DNA from: Lingula anatina
Lineage: Eukaryota; Animalia; Brachiopoda
DNA length: 64,000 bases
NCBI GenBank assembly: GCA_051362555.1
Contig: CM120644.1
Location: 19,552,534 to 19,616,533 of the forward strand
Direction of reading: 5' to 3'
The translations under genes were made by a program, and so were the position numbers. The notes beneath the pieces are model-generated. The model made no database searches. It had not been told where the DNA came from and saw nothing but the letters and a program-made list of their open reading frames with translations. This document shows positions 60,414-64,000 of this stretch, piece after piece. Positions within the stretch are counted from its first letter, which is position 1. Every line of letters begins with the position of its first letter.

Positions 60414-62990
60414 TGGCACTCATTGCAATGCACCCTTGTCCAAAAATGGCAAAATTAAATGCTAATTATCTCCCCTACAGAAGGAATTATGGGAAAAATT
60501 TCTACAGACAGCTTTCCAAAAGTCATATGTGTAGATTTCAAATATGCCCTTGGATTTGACCTTTGACCTTTATTTTAAGGTCAAACGGGCCAAAATTTTC
60601 AAAAAAACAAAATTTTTGCCGAAAAAAAAATTATTTGCGGTCTTATTCAGACACCACACAGACTTAACTAATAATATTAATGGAAAGTGTTACCCTTCAG
60701 GTCATCTTTCATCTCCGTGAATTTGGGGTCAATCGGTGCATTTTCACGGGAGTAGCGGCCATAAGATATCGAAACTGAAAACTGTCTCTTATTCGGGAAC
60801 CGTTAATGCTAGACACCCATTCTTTTTTGCATTTTGTAGAGCATGTAAAGCCCAACACTGGAGGTGGTCTCCGTTTTTTTGTATTCCATACGGTTTTCGA
60901 GTTACGCTGTATCAAAAAGTACATATTGGTGGTGAAAGCAAAATGTGCAGTACGGTAATGGATAATAAATTTTGAACTCCGGAAAAATAAAACATAAGGC
61001 TTGGCAAAGCAGACAACTTGTGGTCAAAAATGACATTATTTCATCAAATTTGAACATCTGGAACTTCAGAGCACCTCCCATTTCAAGAATTTTGACCAAA
61101 ATGACCTTTTCTTTATTTTAATTAATTTTTTTTGTAGGAAATTTATGGCACATTATGGTAACTCCAAAATTATAACATTTAGTCCCTTATATCTCCAAAA
61201 CTGGCATAGATAGGTCCATAGTTACTATTGAACTTGAATAGGAAGTCATACACTGGCAATCTAAATGTGACCTTAAAATTGACCTTTGACCTACTTTTCA
61301 CCATGAACTGAACTTTGCAAATTTTGCTTCCTTTTTATCTCCAAAACTGGCAGAGATAGGTCCATAGTTTCTATTGAACTTGAATAGGAAGTCATATACT
61401 GGCAATCTAAATGTGACCTTAAAATTGACCTTTGACCTACTTTTCACCATGAACTGAACTTTGCAAATTTTGCTTCCCTTTTATCTCCAAAACTGGCAGA
61501 GATAGGTCCATAGTTACTATTGAAGTTGAATAGGAAGTCAAATACTGGCAATCTAAATGTGACCTTAAAATTGACCTTTGACCTACTTTTCACCATGAAC
61601 TGAACTTTGCAAATTTTGCTTCCCTTTTATCTCCAAAACTGGCAGAGATAGGTCCATAGTTACTATTGAAGTTGAATAGGAAGTCATATACTGGCAATCT
61701 AAATGTGACCTTAAAATTGACCTTTGACCTACTTTTCACCATGAACTGAACTTTGCAAATTTTGATTCCCTTTTATCTTCAAAACTGGCAGAGATAGGTC
61801 CATAGTTACTATTGAAGTTGAATAGGAAGTCATATACTGGCAATCCAAATGTGACCTTAAAATTGACCTTTGACCTACTTTTCACCAAGAACTGAACTTT
61901 GCAAATTTTGCTTCCCTTTTATCTCCAAAGTTACGCTGTATCAAAAAGTCATATTGGTGGTGAAAGCAAAATGTGCAGTACGGTAATGGATAATAAATTT
62001 TGAACTCCGGAAAAATAAAACATAAGGCTTGGCAAAGCAGACAACTTGTGGTCAAAAATGACATTTCATCAAATTTGAACATCTGGAACTTCAGAGCACC
62101 TCCCATTTCAAGAATTTTGACCAAAATGACCTTTTCTTTATTTTAATTAATTTTTTCTGTAGGAAATATATGGCACATTATGGTAACTCCAAAATTATAA
62201 CATTTAGTCCCTCATATCTCCAAAACTGGCAGAGATACGTCCATAGTTACTATTGAAGTTGAATAGGAAGACATATACTGGCAATCTAAATGTGACCTTA
62301 AAATTTACCTTTGACCTACTTTTCACCATGAACTGAACTTTGCAAATTTTGCTTCCCTTTTATCTCCTAAACTGGCAGAGATAGGTCCATAGTCTCTATT
62401 GAACTTGAACAGGAAGTCATATACTGGCAATCTACATGTGACCTTAAAATTGACCTTTGACCTACTTTTCACCATGAACTGAACTTTGCAAATTTTGCTT
62501 CCCTTTTATCTCCAAAACTGGCAGAGATAGGTCCATAGTTACTATTGAAGTTGAATAGGAAGTCATATACTGGCAATCTTAAAGTGACCTTAAAATTGAC
62601 CTTTGACTTACTTTTCACCATGAACTGAACTTTGCATAGTTTGCTTCCCCTTTATCTCCAAAACTGGCAGAGATAGGTCCATAGTTACTATTGAACGTGA
62701 ATAGGAAGTCATATACTGGCAATCTAAGTGTGACCTTGAAATTGACCTTTGACCTACTTATTATCATGAACTGAACTCTGCTAATTTCTTTCTCTTTTAA
62801 CTCCAAACCTGGCAGAGATAGGCCCATAGTTACTATTGAAGTTGAATAGGAAGTCATATACTGGCAATTTACTGTGACCTTGGAATTGACCTTTGACCTA
62901 CCTTGCGATGAACTTAACTTTGATTGTACCATTTTTAGTAATATATATATTTTTTGCATATTTTGAAAATTCTTGTTGATTGCATTTTTA
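60414..62990. mobile_element. Non-autonomous DNA/Helentron-like element carrying an internal satellite
   Basis: GACCTTTGACCT-rich sequence. Block 60901-61320 is duplicated at 61929-62345. Ends not defined. Confidence 0.45.
61190..62920. repeat. 146-bp tandem repeat (~10 copies)
   Basis: ATCTCCAAAACTGGCA recurs at 61191, 61337, 61483, 61629... Confidence 0.95.
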
Positions 62991-63348
62991 CAGCTTGTCA
63001 AGCACAAGACTGGTGGCTGTGTTCCTTATTTTGTATATGTGGGGGTCTATATGAATGCGCTTGCTCCAGCTGGTGGTACAATATTCGGAAGCGGTATCGC
63101 CTCTCTGATCCTCTAGTTACTTGTGCTCCTCTCTCATTTCCCACTACTTCCTCTACACTTTCTGTTTCAAAGGCCTGCTCAAAATCCACAATCTGCAGTG
63201 CTTTTAACTGATATGGTGTTGAATAAATAGTTTGTGGGTTTTAAATCTACTCTCTCACCTTAATAGTTTCTGCTTTGAATGTGATAATACTTTTTTTTTA
63301 ATTCAGTAGCAAATAAATATACATTCTTACAGTTTTTGGCTTATGAAT

Positions 63349-63354
63349 CGCACA

Positions 63355-63392
<38 letters not shown>
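63349..63392. repeat. (CA)n microsatellite
   Basis: Direct reading. Confidence 0.95.
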
Positions 63393-63393
<1 letters not shown>

Positions 63394-63862
63394 TAACATA
63401 TTTGGACTCTCTTTCTCTCTCAGTAAAAAAAGGTTGTACAGTATTGCATAAACGGGTAGAAAGTAGAGATTGACAATTCATGTTGTTAACCTTACAATTG
63501 AAATTCTAAGAGGTATATCATTAGCTTCTTGATTGTCAATTAAGTTGTAATAGGCGATCAATATTTTCCCATTTTCTTTTATAATTTTGTTGTTTTTTGT
63601 TGGTAAACATATATAAAGAATATAAACAAATGTTTCTGTAATTTATAACATATTGTCTTGTTCCTTCCCATGTTGGGATTTCTGTTTTCGTTCTACTTAA
63701 ACTAACATATTTCTTAATTATTAAGATAAGTAGATAAAAACCTTTTATATCATATGCTTGCACAAGCCCGAGTATAAAAATCTCTGGAGATTTCTCAGTA
63801 ACATTACCTAAATTATCTTTTACGGAACAAATGACACACGTCCAGACATTCTGTACATGAGG

Positions 63863-63970
63863 AATGTGATAATACTTAACAGACTACAACCAAAAATGTC
63901 CCTAAAGTTGTCAATTTGTGTTGGAGACAACACTAAAATTTGTCTTCTCTTGACTGTCAGTTCTTCAACA
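63863..63970 (+). repeat. Second copy of sequence within the BEN-gene 5' region (40977-41082)
   Basis: Shared GTGATAATACT.AACAGACT...AAGTTGTCA.TTTGT.TTGGAGACAACACTA.AATTTGTCTTCTCTTGACTGTCAGTTCTTCAA. Confidence 0.8.
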
Positions 63971-64000
63971 GTAATGAGGATAATGCTATTTCTTTTTACA

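Overview
AT-rich, intron-containing animal DNA, probably from a marine invertebrate such as a lophotrochozoan (species not determinable). There is no clearly intact conventional protein gene. 1-14 kb holds a decayed, internally deleted LRP2/megalin-like pseudogene on the + strand. It is preceded by a complex satellite and interrupted by a Harbinger element and a long-TIR (Academ-like) element. An intact tRNA-Gly(GCC) lies at 17.8 kb and a CpG-containing promoter-like segment at about 19.6-20.0 kb. From about 22 to 60 kb the window is a dense mosaic of short transposon remnants (Harbinger, Helitron, Kolobok, Academ, EnSpm/CMC, LINE, Tc1, hAT, P, pogo, plus BEN and OB-fold accessory genes). Every fragment I could confidently translate there lies on the minus strand. 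This is the architecture expected of a flamenco-like, antisense-trapping piRNA cluster, possibly bidirectional, and is the main hypothesis. Other notable items are a 7.1-kb TGTAAC...GTTACA element with an ATAT TSD carrying a predicted hammerhead ribozyme and a small spliced ORF, and two inverted copies of a 2.4-2.65-kb TA-TSD element. All protein calls come from manual motif recognition; no database search was run.
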